Sequence record: CP132210.1
Reading direction: 5' to 3' (one strand)
Length of the DNA: 64,000 bases
DNA from: a plasmid
Shown piece by piece: positions 33,502 to 44,898 of the stretch (position 1 is the first letter of the stretch; every line of letters starts with the position of its first letter). The position numbers were made by a program, and so were the translations under genes. The notes under the pieces are model-generated. The model did no database searches. It was not told the origin of the DNA and saw nothing but the letters and a program-made list of their open reading frames with translations.

Positions 33502-36463
33502 GTTTTCCGGGCATCCGTAAGGGCCGAAACTTCCCGTCTTCCAGTCTGCGGCTCTGCCGCCAGACGTAATCGCCGGTTAGGTTGATGTGCTCCCAGCCCA
33601 GCGGCGACAGGAATTGCAGCAGCTCGCCGTCCACCGGCTTGCCGGCCTCGACCAACCCCTGGGTGGCGCGTTCCAGGTACACCGTGTTCCACAGCACGAT
33701 AGCCGCCGTCACCAGGTTGAGGCCGCTGGCCCGGTAGCGCTGCTGCTCGAAGCTCCGATCCCTGATTTCCCCAAGGCGGTTGAAGAACACCGCCCTGGCC
33801 AGCGAGTTGCGCGCCTCACCTTTGTTCAGGCCGGCATGCACGCGGCGGCGCAGTTCAACACTTTGCAGCCAGTCCAGGATGAACAGCGTGCGCTCGATCC
33901 GGCCCAGCTCGCGCAGGGCCACGGCCAGTCCGTTCTGGCGCGGGTAGCTGCCGAGCTTGCGCAGCATCAGCGAGGCGGTGACGGTGCCCTGCTTGATCGA
34001 GCTGGCCAGGCGCAGGATGTCGTCCCAGTGGGCACGCACGTGCTTGATGTTCAGGGTGCCGCCGATCAGCGGGCGCAACGTCGGGTAGGCTTGCACGCCC
34101 TGCGGCACGTACAGCTTGGTTTCGCCGAGGTCGCGGATGCGCGGCGCGAAGCGGAAGCCTAGCAGGTGCATCAGGGCAAAGACGTGATCGGTGAAGCCGG
34201 CCGTGTCGGTGTAGTGCTCCTCGATCCGCAGGTCGGACTCGTGGTACAGCAGGCCGTCGAGCACATAGGTGGAATCGCGGACGCCGACATTCACCACGCG
34301 GGTGCTGAACGGCGCGTACTGGTCGGAGATATGGGTATAGAACAGCCGTCCCGGCTCGCTACCGTACTTCGGGTTGACGTGCCCGGTGCTCTCGCCCCGG
34401 CCACCCGCGCGGAAGCGCTGGCCATCGGAGGATGAGGTCGTGCCGTCGCCCCAGTGGGCGGCAAAGGCGTGGCGATACTGGTGGTTGACCAGCTCGGCCA
34501 AGGCCGCCGAATAGGTTTCGTCGCGGATGTGCCAGGCTTGCAGCCAGGACAGCTTGGCGTAGGTCAGGCCGGGGCTCGACTCGGCCATCTTGGTCAGCCC
34601 GAGGTTGATCGCATCACCGAGGATTGCGGACAGCAGCAACGTCCTGTCTTTGGCCTCGGCCCCGTCCTTCAAGTGGGTGAAGTGGCGGCTGAAGCCCGTC
34701 CAGTCGTCCACGTCCATCAGCAGTTCGGTGATCTTGATGCGCGGCAGTAACTGGCTGGTTTGGTCGATCAGCGCCTGCGCCCGATCCGGCACCGCCGCAT
34801 CCAGCGGGGTGATTTTCAGCCCTGACTCGGTGAGGATGGCATCGGGCAGCTCGTTGTCCTTGGCCAGGCGGGTGACGGTGGCCAACTGCTCGTCCAGCAG
34901 CTGCAAACGCTCTTCCAGGTACTGGTCGCTGTTCGGGTTGATCGCCAGGGGCAGGGCCTGCTCGCGCTTGAGTGCGGCGAACTTCTCGGCCGGCAGCAGG
35001 TAGTCGTCGAAGTCGCGGAACTGCCGCGAGCCCTTGACCCAGATGTCGCCGGAGCGCAGGGCGTTCTTCAGCTCGGACAGGGCGCAGATTTCGTAGAATT
35101 TCCGGTCGAGGCCTTCCGGGGTGATCACCAGCGGCTTCCAGCGCGGCTTGATGAAGGCCGTGGGTGCATCGGCCGGCACCTTGCGCAGGTTGTCGGCGTT
35201 CATCTCACGCAGGGTCTGCACGGCTGCCAGCACGCCTTGCGCGGCCGGCGCGGCGCGCAGTTCCAGCACCTCCAGCAAGGCCGGCGTGTAACGGCGCAGG
35301 GTGGCGAAGTTCTCGCCGACCAGGTGCAGGTGGTCGAAGCCTTCCGGCCGGGCCAGCAGCTCGGCCTCGCTGACGCTCTCGGTGAACTCGTCCCAGGGAA
35401 TCACCGCCTCGATGGCGGCATAGGGGTCGCTGCCGCTTTCCTTCGCTTCCAGCAGCGCCTGGCCGATCCTGGAGTACAGGCGCACCTTGTCGTTGATCGC
35501 CTTGCCCTGCTTCTGGAACTGCTGCTGATGCTTGTGCTTCGCGCCGCTGAACAGCTTGACCAGGATGCGGTCATGCAGATCGACCAGCTCATCGATCACG
35601 GTCGCGGTGCTCTCCAGCACCACGGCGGCCAGGGTCGCGTAGCGGCGCTGCGGCTCGAACTTACCGAGGTCTTTGGGCGTCATCTGCCCACCCTCGCGGG
35701 CCAGCTTGAGCAGGCGGTTCTGGTGGATGTGCCGGCCCAGGCCTTCGGGCAAGTCCACCAACTGAAATGTCTTCAGCCGCTCGATGTGTTCCAGCATGTG
35801 CCGAGAGTTGGGTTTCAGCGGTGCCTGGCGCAGCCAGGTCAACCAGGTGATGCTGCTGCCGGCCTTGAGCTTCAACAGCTCGTCCAGCTTGGCCCGATGC
35901 GAGTCCGTGAGTGGTTCGACCAGGGCGCGGTAGACCCGCCGATTGGCTCGCGCAATGGCTTCCGAGCAGGCCCGGTCAATCACGCTCAGCGCCGGCAGGA
36001 TGCGTCGTTTCTGCCGTAGGCTCTCCAGGGCCTGACCGGCCAGCAGCAAGCCTTTGTCGGTCTGCTGGGCCAGCTCGGTTAGCTCGCGCACCAGGGCGCG
36101 GAAGTCGGACAGGCCGAACGGGGCCAGTTGCAGGTAGGTGCGCAGTTCCTGGGCATGCTCGCGACGGGTCACGTCGCGCTCGCCGTACTTTGCCCAGCTC
36201 GCCGGCTCGGCCTGGACTTGCTTCGCCACCCACAGGATGACCGGCTCGGGCAGCTCGCTGTCGGTTCCCAGCGCGTAACCGGGGTAGCGCAGCAGGCAGA
36301 GCTGCACGGCGAAGCCGAGGCGGTTGGCGTCGCCGCGTCGCTGGCGGATCAGCGACAGGTCGGAGTCGTTGAAGGTGTAGTAGCGGATCAGGTCATCCTG
36401 GCTTTCCGGCAGCGCAAGCAGGGTGTCCCGCTCCGTGGCCGAGAGGATCAAGCGACGCGGCAT
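33497..36463 (-). CDS. tnpA: Tn3-family transposase (Tn21 subgroup)
   Basis: 988 aa, recognised by eye as a Tn21/Tn501-type TnpA. Confidence 0.95.
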
Positions 36464-36466
36464 GTG

Positions 36467-37027
36467 TCAGTCGTCCGTGCGGAGGTACTGGTAGAGGGTT
36501 TCCCGGCTGATGTTGAACTCGCGGGCAAGCTGCGCCTTGGGCTCGCCGGCCGTCGCTCGCTGCCGCAGGGTAGCAGCCTGCTCATCGGACAGGGCTTTCT
36601 TGCGGCCCCGGTACGCGCCACGCTGCTTGGCCAAGGCGATGCCCTCACGCTGCCGCTCGCGGATCAGGGCGCGCTCGAACTCAGCGAAGGCCCCCATCAC
36701 CGACAGCATCAGGTTGGCCATCGGCGAGTCCTCGCCAGTGAACACCAGGCCCTCCTTCAGGAACTCGATGCGCACGCCGCGCTGAGTCAGCTTCTGTACC
36801 AAGCGACGCAGGTCATCGAGGTTGCGGGCCAGCCGATCCATGCTGTGCACCACCACTGTATCGCCTTCGCGGACGAAGCTCAGCAGCGCTTCGAGCTGGG
36901 GGCGCTGGGTGTCCTTGCCCGATGCCTTGTCGGTGAACACCTTGCTCACCTGGGTTTGTTCCAGCTGGCGTTCCGGGTTCTGGTCAAAGCTGCTGACCCG
37001 GACGTAGCCGATGCGGTGCCCCTGCAC
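36467..37027 (-). CDS. tnpR: serine resolvase TnpR (Tn21 subgroup)
   Basis: 186 aa, MQGHRIGYVRVSSFDQNPERQ... Confidence 0.95.
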   Translation of the reverse strand: MQGHRIGYVRVSSFDQNPERQLEQTQVSKVFTDKASGKDTQRPQLEALLSFVREGDTVVVHSMDRLARNLDDLRRLVQKLTQRGVRIEFLKEGLVFTGEDSPMANLMLSVMGAFAEFERALIRERQREGIALAKQRGAYRGRKKALSDEQAATLRQRATAGEPKAQLAREFNISRETLYQYLRTDD

Positions 37028-37202
37028 GATGTCTCCTTGGTTGAAGGCGGCTTAAGTGCACTTTCTGTTCCGTTGTGCCTCAAAGCCCATTTCTGTCAGG
37101 CTGAAATCTATAACCTTCGCGGGCATGTGTCAAAAAATGGGAAAGCAGACTCTATTCTGACGAAGCGGCGCGGCCCTGCCTGACATCAAGTTAGGGTATG
37201 CC
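37028..37202. promoter_or_regulatory. res site region between tnpR and tnpM
   Basis: Position within the Tn21 module. Inference from family architecture. Confidence 0.55.
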
Positions 37203-37553
37203 TCAACCTGACGGCGGCGAATCACAAGCGTCCGGTTTGACGCTGGTTTCGGTCGCAGTGCTGGCCCGCGCCTGGAAGCGCTGATAGCACTCCAGCCCGC
37301 AGAAATGCTCCACGTACTCGGCCCCTTCCGGCGTGAAGGCGGCATCGAGCGGGATTTCCTTGCAGCACACGCAGCAACTGGTGCTCGGTTCATTGGCGTT
37401 CATGGTGGTGTTCCTCCATTGGTTGACGAAGCCGACGAAGGCCGCCGCCGGCATCGGCCTGGCGAACAGGAAACCCTGCACCGTGTCGCAACCCGCCTGC
37501 CGCAACCACGCAAGGCAGTCGGGTGTTTCCACACCCTCGGCTACCACCTCCAT
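37203..37553 (-). CDS. tnpM: TnpM (3' part of ancestral urf2M split by integron insertion)
   Basis: 351-bp reading frame abutting IRi of the integron, as in Tn21. Confidence 0.7.
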
Positions 37554-37578
37554 TGTCGTTTTCAGAAGACGGCTGCAC
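37554..37578 (+). repeat. class 1 integron IRi (copy 1)
   Basis: TGTCGTTTTCAGAAGACGGCTGCAC. Confidence 0.9.
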
Positions 37579-37755
37579 TGAACGTCAGAAGCCGACTGCA
37601 CTATAGCAGCGGAGGGGTTGGATCCATCAGGCAACGACGGGCTGCTGCCGGCCATCAGCGGACGCAGGGAGGACTTTCCGCAACCGGCCGTTCGATGCGG
37701 CACCGATGGCCTTCGCGCAGGGGTAGTGAATCCGCCAGGATTGACTTGCGCTGCC

Positions 37756-38769
37756 CTACCTCTCACTAGTGAGGGGCGGCAGCGCATCAAGCGGTGAGCG
37801 CACTCCGGCACCGCCAACTTTCAGCACATGCGTGTAAATCATCGTCGTAGAGACGTCGGAATGGCCGAGCAGATCCTGCACGGTTCGAATGTCGTAACCG
37901 CTGCGGAGCAAGGCCGTCGCGAACGAGTGGCGGAGGGTGTGCGGTGTGGCGGGCTTCGTGATGCCTGCTTGTTCTACGGCACGTTTGAAGGCGCGCTGAA
38001 AGGTCTGGTCATACATGTGATGGCGACGCACGACACCGCTCCGTGGATCGGTCGAATGCGTGTGCTGCGCAAAAACCCAGAACCACGGCCAGGAATGCCC
38101 GGCGCGCGGATACTTCCGCTCAAGGGCGTCGGGAAGCGCAACGCCGCTGCGGCCCTCGGCCTGGTCCTTCAGCCACCATGCCCGTGCACGCGACAGCTGC
38201 TCGCGCAGGCTGGGTGCCAAGCTCTCGGGTAACATCAAGGCCCGATCCTTGGAGCCCTTGCCCTCCCGCACGATGATCGTGCCGTGATCGAAATCCAGAT
38301 CCTTGACCCGCAGTTGCAAACCCTCACTGATCCGCATGCCCGTTCCATACAGAAGCTGGGCGAACAAACGATGCTCGCCTTCCAGAAAACCGAGGATGCG
38401 AACCACTTCATCCGGGGTCAGCACCACCGGCAAGCGCCGCGACGGCCGAGGTCTTCCGATCTCCTGAAGCCAGGGCAGATCCGTGCACAGCACCTTGCCG
38501 TAGAAGAACAGCAAGGCCGCCAATGCCTGACGATGCGTGGAGACCGAAACCTTGCGCTCGTTCGCCAGCCAGGACAGAAATGCCTCGACTTCGCTGCTGC
38601 CCAAGGTTGCCGGGTGACGCACACCGTGGAAACGGATGAAGGCACGAACCCAGTGGACATAAGCCTGTTCGGTTCGTAAACTGTAATGCAAGTAGCGTAT
38701 GCGCTCACGCAACTGGTCCAGAACCTTGACCGAACGCAGCGGTGGTAACGGCGCAGTGGCGGTTTTCAT
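37756..38769 (-). CDS. intI1: class 1 integron integrase IntI1
   Basis: 337 aa, [20 protein letters not shown]... Identical copy at 51385-52398. Confidence 0.97.
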
Positions 38770-38840
38770 GGCTTGTTATGACTGTTTTTTTGTACAGTCT
38801 ATGCCTCGGGCATCCAAGCAGCAAGCGCGTTACGCCGTGG

Positions 38841-38905
38841 GTCGATGTTTGATGTTATGGAGCAGCAACGATGTTACGCAGCAGGGCAGTCGCCCTAAAA
38901 CAAAG
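38841..38905 (+). promoter_or_regulatory. attI1 recombination site (integron 1), cassette junction after G at 38905
   Basis: ...GCAGCAACGATGTTACGCAGCAGGGCAGTCGCCCTAAAACAAAG|TTAAC. Confidence 0.7.
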
Positions 38906-38915
38906 TTAACCCAGG

Positions 38916-39398
38916 ATGAGAACCTTGAAAGTATCATTGATGGCTGCGAAAGCGAAAAACGGCGTGATTGGTTGCGGTCCAGACATACCCTGGTCCGCGA
39001 AAGGGGAGCAGCTACTTTTTAAAGCATTGACCTACAATCAGTGGCTTCTGGTGGGTCGCAAGACGTTTGAATCTATGGGCGCACTCCCCAATAGGAAATA
39101 CGCGGTCGTTACCCGCTCAGGTTGGACATCAAATGATGACAATGTAGTTGTATTTCAGTCAATCGAAGAGGCCATGGACAGGCTAGCTGAATTCACCGGT
39201 CACGTTATAGTGTCTGGTGGCGGAGAAATTTACCGAGAAACATTACCCATGGCCTCTACGCTCCACTTATCGACGATCGACATCGAGCCAGAGGGGGATG
39301 TTTTCTTCCCGAGTATTCCAAATACCTTCGAAGTTGTTTTTGAGCAACACTTTACTTCAAACATTAACTATTGCTATCAAATTTGGAAAAAGGGTTAA
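38916..39398 (+). CDS. dfrA: trimethoprim-resistant dihydrofolate reductase DfrA (gene cassette; allele not assignable by eye)
   Basis: 160 aa ...[61 protein letters not shown]... First cassette after attI1. Confidence 0.9.
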   Translation: MRTLKVSLMAAKAKNGVIGCGPDIPWSAKGEQLLFKALTYNQWLLVGRKTFESMGALPNRKYAVVTRSGWTSNDDNVVVFQSIEEAMDRLAEFTGHVIVSGGGEIYRETLPMASTLHLSTIDIEPEGDVFFPSIPNTFEVVFEQHFTSNINYCYQIWKKG

Positions 39399-39615
39399 CA
39401 AAGCTATGCAATCGACGGCAAAAAGCTTCGTTCGCTTCGCGCACTACGCCTTTTCCGCGATTGATAGCGACGTTATGTGAATATTGAAATGAGCATTCCA
39501 AAGAAAGGAAGTAGAAAAATTATCGTGGGCGAAAATGAGTTTTTGTGGCTCATTAGGTCAAAACTCACATATTCGCAGGACTGTTTAGGTACAGAAATGA
39601 CTGCGGTCGTTGAAC

Positions 39616-39885
39616 CGGATGCCGGTCCTCACTGATGAAGAAGTGAACACCGTACGGGAATCGTGCCGGCAGCTTGGAGCTATCGGCCGGAACCTCAACC
39701 AGGTGGCCAGGGCCTTGAACATCGAGTTCAGGGAAAGTGACAAGCTCAAGCAAGAGGCCATCGAAAAACTGGCCGAACGGATCGACCAGCATTTGGACCA
39801 TGTGTCTGAGCTGTTCGATAAGACCTGGAGCCGGTGGCACGATTGTCATTTTCAGAAGACGACTGCACCAGTTGATTGGGCGTAA
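39616..39885 (+). pseudogene. MobC-like mobilisation protein fragment reading into IRt
   Basis: GRNLNQVARALN motif. The ORF terminates inside the 25-bp IRt, implying insertion of a Tn402-type end into a mob region. Confidence 0.4.
39844..39868 (+). repeat. Tn402/class 1 integron IRt, inverted relative to integron 1, with a 123-bp tni-end fragment running to 39966
   Basis: TGTCATTTTCAGAAGACGACTGCAC. Bases 39940-39966 are the reverse complement of the sequence just upstream of tniA at 61101-61145. Confidence 0.85.
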
Positions 39886-39966
39886 TGGCTGTTGTGCAGC
39901 CAGCTCCTGACAGTTCAATATCAGAAGTGATCTGCACCAATCTCGACTATGCTCAATACTCGTGTG

Positions 39967-40846
39967 GGCTCTGTTGCAAAAATCGTGAAGCTTGAGCATG
40001 CTTGGCGGAGATTGGACGGACGGAACGATGACGGATTTCAAGTGGCGCCATTTCCAGGGTGATGTGATCCTGTGGGCGGTGCGCTGGTATTGTCGCTATC
40101 CGATCAGCTATCGCGACCTTGAGGAAATGCTGGCGGAACGCGGCATTTCGGTCGACCATACGACGATCTATCGCTGGGTCCAGTGCTACGCCCCGGAGAT
40201 GGAGAAGCGGCTGCGCTGGTTCTGGCGGCGTGGCTTTGATCCGAGCTGGCGCCTGGATGAAACCTACGTCAAGGTGCGGGGCAAGTGGACCTACCTGTAC
40301 CGGGCAGTCGACAAGCGGGGCGACACGATCGATTTCTACCTGTCGCCGACCCGCAGCGCCAAGGCAGCGAAGCGGTTCCTGGGCAAGGCCCTGCGAGGCC
40401 TGAAGCACTGGGAAAAGCCTGCCACGCTCAATACCGACAAAGCGCCGAGCTATGGTGCAGCGATCACCGAATTGAAGCGCGAAGGAAAGCTGGACCGGGA
40501 GACGGCCCACCGGCAGGTGAAGTATCTCAATAACGTGATCGAGGCCGATCACGGAAAGCTCAAGATACTGATCAAGCCGGTGCGCGGTTTCAAATCGATC
40601 CCCACGGCCTATGCCACGATCAAGGGATTCGAAGTCATGCGAGCCCTGCGCAAAGGACAGGCTCGCCCCTGGTGCCTGCAGCCCGGCATCAGGGGCGAGG
40701 TGCGCCTTGTGGAGAGAGCTTTTGGCATTGGGCCCTCGGCGCTGACGGAGGCCATGGGCATGCTCAACCACCATTTCGCAGCAGCCGCCTGATCGGCGCA
40801 GAGCGACAGCCTACCTCTGACTGCCGCCAATCTTTGCAACAGAGCC
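39967..40846 (+). mobile_element. IS6100 (IS6 family), 880 bp
   Basis: Terminal IRs GGCTCTGTTGCAAA at 39967 and TTTGCAACAGAGCC ending at 40846. Confidence 0.95.
40028..40792 (+). CDS. tnp: IS6100 transposase
   Basis: [34 protein letters not shown]... Confidence 0.9.
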   Translation: MTDFKWRHFQGDVILWAVRWYCRYPISYRDLEEMLAERGISVDHTTIYRWVQCYAPEMEKRLRWFWRRGFDPSWRLDETYVKVRGKWTYLYRAVDKRGDTIDFYLSPTRSAKAAKRFLGKALRGLKHWEKPATLNTDKAPSYGAAITELKREGKLDRETAHRQVKYLNNVIEADHGKLKILIKPVRGFKSIPTAYATIKGFEVMRALRKGQARPWCLQPGIRGEVRLVERAFGIGPSALTEAMGMLNHHFAAAA

Positions 40847-41284
40847 CGCCGTGCTAGTCTGCTCGGTGATGGTGGAGTGAAGCCAACCCGCAATCGGGTT
40901 ATGAATCTGCATCGCGATTCGCAATCAGCTGTCTCTTGAGCATGTCGAACTCCTGCGATGTTATCTCGCCGTGCTCGTGCTGCTACACCAACTTGTCCAA
41001 CTCATCCGCCACACCGCTCCCCACCACCTGCGATGGCCAGGTTGTTTGCTGGGCGCATTGGCGGAGTATCGTCTCGACCCGGGACACCCACACCGGCACA
41101 ACCTTACGGGAGTGATTCACTGTCAAAGAATCGGCCCGGTGCTCTGACGCAAGTATCGGGATGGTCACCATTTGTAAGCCGTAGACCTGAGTGGTGATCA
41201 AGACTTCGATACCACCGACCGTACCGGTACTAATCGACGACGGTCGTGTTCGTCGCCTGCCGCAGGGACTCTGCACACCTCCGT

Positions 41285-41869
41285 TTACGCATGTGCCTGG
41301 AGGAGTTGGAAATCGTCGTGTTCGGGAAACATTAAACACAGGATGGCAGCGATCTGAGCCAGCACATGATCAGCTAGCTCACCATCCGGATCGACGGCCC
41401 ACTGCATCGTCGCGCCAGCGATGACCGAGTGCAGGAGCAACTCAGCTGCCGCAGGAGCACCTGGGGGCAGTCGCTTGCGGATCCCCTCCACCACCGCGCG
41501 GTTCCGCTGGATCGCAAGCGTGCGTAGCTCCGGCACCTGGAGCTCGTACCAGGAGATGAGATAGTTCACCGAGAAGTCGTTGCGAGTGTTCATGCTCCGA
41601 ACGAGCACCTGCAAAAATTCCCAGAGCCCTTGCGGCCCTGCGCCTATCGGTATCGCATTCAGGTAATGCCGCACCTGCTCGACGCCGCGCTCCATCATCC
41701 TCACCAGCAGCGTATCGCGGTTGGTGAAGCGCTGGATTAACGCTGCGCGGGAGAGCCCCACCTCCTTTGCTACTCCGCTGAGCGTGAACTCTATGGGACC
41801 GCAACGCTTCAGCACTACGGTGGCGGCCTCGAGTACCTCGTCATCGGACTTGAGCTTGGGGCGGGGCAT
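41285..41869 (-). CDS. mphR(A): TetR-family repressor MphR(A)
   Basis: 194 aa, MPRPKLKSDDEVLEAATVVLKRCGP... Confidence 0.93.
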   Translation of the reverse strand: MPRPKLKSDDEVLEAATVVLKRCGPIEFTLSGVAKEVGLSRAALIQRFTNRDTLLVRMMERGVEQVRHYLNAIPIGAGPQGLWEFLQVLVRSMNTRNDFSVNYLISWYELQVPELRTLAIQRNRAVVEGIRKRLPPGAPAAAELLLHSVIAGATMQWAVDPDGELADHVLAQIAAILCLMFPEHDDFQLLQAHA

Positions 41870-43107
41870 CAGTGTTCACCTTCTGTATGGGTTGGGGCGG
41901 AGGCTGTGGCTGCCGCCGCCATTGTAGCAAATTGAAGACGGAGCGAGAGTAGAGCCACGAGCCCCGCAAACACGGCCGATACAACGAGGCCAGGGAGCGG
42001 ACCAGCAAGGTCGACAAACGCGCCGGCCGCAAGCATAACCATGGGCGAGGCTGACAGCATCACCGCCGAGACCGTGCCGAGTACCCGGCCGAGAAGTTCT
42101 GGCGGCGTGCGGTTGTAGATGGCAGCGTTGAGAATGGGAGAGACTGAGCCGGTCAGCAGTCCCACGAGCGCGCCCAACAACATCAGCACCGGCACGCCTG
42201 GCAACTGTGAAAGCAGAAGCGAGCCCACCGCAGAGCCACAAAATGCCACCGCCAGCCAGTTCTGCGCTGATATCCGGGCGCCGACCGACGCATGAATGGC
42301 AATGCCAAGGAGACCACCAGCCCCCATCATTGAGGAGAACAGCCCGAGCTCTGCTACTTGGCGTCCTGCATCTACAAACAGCGCAGGCATGATGACGCTG
42401 CCGTTGGCGCCAACGATGCCCACGAAGATCATCACTATACCAAAGAGAGGGCGCAGCAGGGGTTCGCTCCAGAGAAAAGCGACGCCGGCGCGCATGGAGA
42501 GAGTCGCCGTCGTGGTCATCGTCCGAGCGGCACGCGCGGGAAGCACCCACGCGCCGAGCAGACCTGCAAGGACGGAGCAGAACGCCGTCAGCCCGAGCGT
42601 TGGCGCAGCGCCAAGCAGGCCGATTGCGGCCCCCCCAAGGGCCGGGCCACCTAGAATCGCGACGTTCCCGATCACCGCTTTCAGTGACGAGACGCGCTCA
42701 ACGGAGAGCCCGGCGACGTGGCCGAGTTTGGGCAGCTCACTGTCCTGCGCGGCCATACCGGGTGCGTCGAACGCGGCACCGAGCACCACGCAAGCGATCA
42801 GCCCAGTGTTCGAGAGGGCGCCAACGGCATCGAGCAGTGGGATGCTCGCCATGGCCACGCCGCCCACCACACCCGAGATCAATGCGACGGGCGCGCGCCC
42901 GAACCGATCGACGAGGCCACCACCAACCCACGCGCCGATGATGGTCGCGATGACGCTGCTAGCGGCCGTGGCGCCCGCCCAGGCCGCGCTCTTTGTATGA
43001 GACAGGACGAACCATGGAAGCGCGAGGGCCGCCACCGCGTTGCCGATCCGGAAGAGAAAGGTCGCCGCGAACAGCGTCGCGAGCGGGCTATATCGACGTT
43101 CGCTCAT
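41869..43107 (-). CDS. mrx: MFS transporter Mrx
   Basis: 412-aa multi-TM protein between mphR(A) and mph(A). Confidence 0.9.
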   Translation of the reverse strand: MSERRYSPLATLFAATFLFRIGNAVAALALPWFVLSHTKSAAWAGATAASSVIATIIGAWVGGGLVDRFGRAPVALISGVVGGVAMASIPLLDAVGALSNTGLIACVVLGAAFDAPGMAAQDSELPKLGHVAGLSVERVSSLKAVIGNVAILGGPALGGAAIGLLGAAPTLGLTAFCSVLAGLLGAWVLPARAARTMTTTATLSMRAGVAFLWSEPLLRPLFGIVMIFVGIVGANGSVIMPALFVDAGRQVAELGLFSSMMGAGGLLGIAIHASVGARISAQNWLAVAFCGSAVGSLLLSQLPGVPVLMLLGALVGLLTGSVSPILNAAIYNRTPPELLGRVLGTVSAVMLSASPMVMLAAGAFVDLAGPLPGLVVSAVFAGLVALLSLRLQFATMAAAATASAPTHTEGEH

Positions 43108-44009
43108 TCCGCTGCGGCGAGCTGCGCCTTCGCCGCAGCGAGGTACTCTTCGTTACCCGAGTCGAGGGCGAAGAGTGCGTAGGTGACCGCCCCGAACGCA
43201 AGGCGCTCCGCGATGTGGTGGGCGAGCCGCGGCCACACCCGGCCACCGGCCGCTTCATACGTGAGGAGGAGCTTCGCGAGCCCCTCTTCACCAAAGACCA
43301 TAAGGTGCGCGGCCATGTCGATGGCAGGGTCATCAACGCGGGCCTCGCTCCAGTCGATCATCCCGCTGACGCGCTCCGTGTTGTCGATGAGCACATGGCC
43401 CACGTAGAGATCGCCATGCACCACCACGGAGAAATCTGGCCACGACGAATCGTCGTCGAGCCAGCGCTGCCACCGGTGGAGGCGCTTGTCGTTCACCACG
43501 AACTCGCGTCGGACGCGGTCAACGTCGTCGGCCACCTTCTGACGGGCCTGCGTCGGTGTACGGATGAGCATCCCCGCATCCACGGCGGCGGAAATGGGGA
43601 CGGCATGCAGGGCGGCGAGCGCGGTCGCGAAGCTCTCCGCGAAGACCTCCGAGTCCTGCGGCACGACCCAGTCGGGCGTGGACGAACCAGGCTGGATGAC
43701 CATCGCAGTCGAGTCTTCGAGCATGGGATAGGCAACGAGCTCGGCGTTGGCCACGCGCCAGTCCGGCACCGCGAACGGCAGGCGATTCTTGAGCATTGCC
43801 AGCACCCGCGCCTCTGGTTCGACCTTCGCGCTTACCTCGGCTCGGCGCGGGATGCGCAGCACCCACCGACGTCCATCGTCGACGGTGGCGATCACGATCC
43901 TATAGTCGAGCCCAAGCTCATTGACAGTCAGCGGGCCATGGAGCTTGAGCCCATGTCGGGCTGCAAGTGCGTACAGTTGGGAGGTATCGGCGGTCGTGAC
44001 TACGGTCAT
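43104..44009 (-). CDS. mph(A): macrolide 2'-phosphotransferase Mph(A)
   Basis: 301 aa, MTVVTTADTSQLYALAARHGLKLHG... Confidence 0.95.
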   Translation of the reverse strand: MTVVTTADTSQLYALAARHGLKLHGPLTVNELGLDYRIVIATVDDGRRWVLRIPRRAEVSAKVEPEARVLAMLKNRLPFAVPDWRVANAELVAYPMLEDSTAMVIQPGSSTPDWVVPQDSEVFAESFATALAALHAVPISAAVDAGMLIRTPTQARQKVADDVDRVRREFVVNDKRLHRWQRWLDDDSSWPDFSVVVHGDLYVGHVLIDNTERVSGMIDWSEARVDDPAIDMAAHLMVFGEEGLAKLLLTYEAAGGRVWPRLAHHIAERLAFGAVTYALFALDSGNEEYLAAAKAQLAAAE

Positions 44010-44078
44010 GATTCACTCCTGAGGGCTTGACGGGTTTAGCCACCTAAATGTAACAGTCACATCGGTTATATTCAATCC

Positions 44079-44898
44079 GGCACTGTTGCAAAGTTAGCGA
44101 TGAGGCAGCCTTTTGTCTTATTCAAAGGCCTTACATTTCAAAAACTCTGCTTACCAGGCGCATTTCGCCCAGGGGATCACCATAATAAAATGCTGAGGCC
44201 TGGCCTTTGCGTAGTGCACGCATCACCTCAATACCTTTGATGGTGGCGTAAGCCGTCTTCATGGATTTAAATCCCAGCGTGGCGCCGATTATCCGTTTCA
44301 GTTTGCCATGATCGCATTCAATCACGTTGTTCCGGTACTTAATCTGTCGGTGTTCAACGTCAGACGGGCACCGGCCTTCGCGTTTGAGCAGAGCAAGCGC
44401 GCGACCATAGGCGGGCGCTTTATCCGTGTTGATGAATCGCGGGATCTGCCACTTCTTCACGTTGTTGAGGATTTTACCCAGAAACCGGTATGCAGCTTTG
44501 CTGTTACGACGGGAGGAGAGATAAAAATCGACAGTGCGGCCCCGGCTGTCGACGGCCCGGTACAGATACGCCCAGCGGCCATTGACCTTCACGTAGGTTT
44601 CATCCATGTGCCACGGGCAAAGATCGGAAGGGTTACGCCAGTACCAGCGCAGCCGTTTTTCCATTTCAGGCGCATAACGCTGAACCCAGCGGTAAATCGT
44701 GGAGTGATCGACATTCACTCCGCGTTCAGCCAGCATCTCCTGCAGCTCACGGTAACTGATGCCGTATTTGCAGTACCAGCGTACGGCCCACAGAATGATG
44801 TCACGCTGAAAATGCCGGCCTTTGAATGGGTTCATGTGCAGCTCCATCAGCAAAAGGGGATGATAAGTTTATCACCACCGACTATTTGCAACAGTGCC
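44079..44898 (-). mobile_element. IS26 copy 1 (820 bp)
   Basis: GGCACTGTTGCAAA at 44079 and TTTGCAACAGTGCC ending 44898. tnp26 on the minus strand. Confidence 0.97.
44131..44835 (-). CDS. tnp26: IS26 transposase Tnp26
   Basis: [31 protein letters not shown]... Confidence 0.95.
   Translation of the reverse strand: MNPFKGRHFQRDIILWAVRWYCKYGISYRELQEMLAERGVNVDHSTIYRWVQRYAPEMEKRLRWYWRNPSDLCPWHMDETYVKVNGRWAYLYRAVDSRGRTVDFYLSSRRNSKAAYRFLGKILNNVKKWQIPRFINTDKAPAYGRALALLKREGRCPSDVEHRQIKYRNNVIECDHGKLKRIIGATLGFKSMKTAYATIKGIEVMRALRKGQASAFYYGDPLGEMRLVSRVFEM

Noticed and set aside
33587-37183. Long plus-strand ORFs opposite tnpA and tnpR (33587-34162, 35237-36019, 36128-37183 and others)
   Set aside because: High-GC DNA produces long antisense open frames. 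The minus-strand TnpA and TnpR are unambiguous.
37203-37817. Single 204-aa minus-strand ORF spanning tnpM and crossing IRi into the integron
   Set aside because: The frame merely reads through the 25-bp IRi. tnpM proper is the 351-bp segment outside the integron (37203-37553). The rest is integron 5'-CS.
41876-43182. Multiple overlapping ORFs on both strands across mrx and mph(A) (42296-43000, 41876-42550, 42718-43182, 42993-44030 and others)
   Set aside because: GC-rich antisense or alternate-frame artefacts. mrx and mph(A) reading frames are well established.
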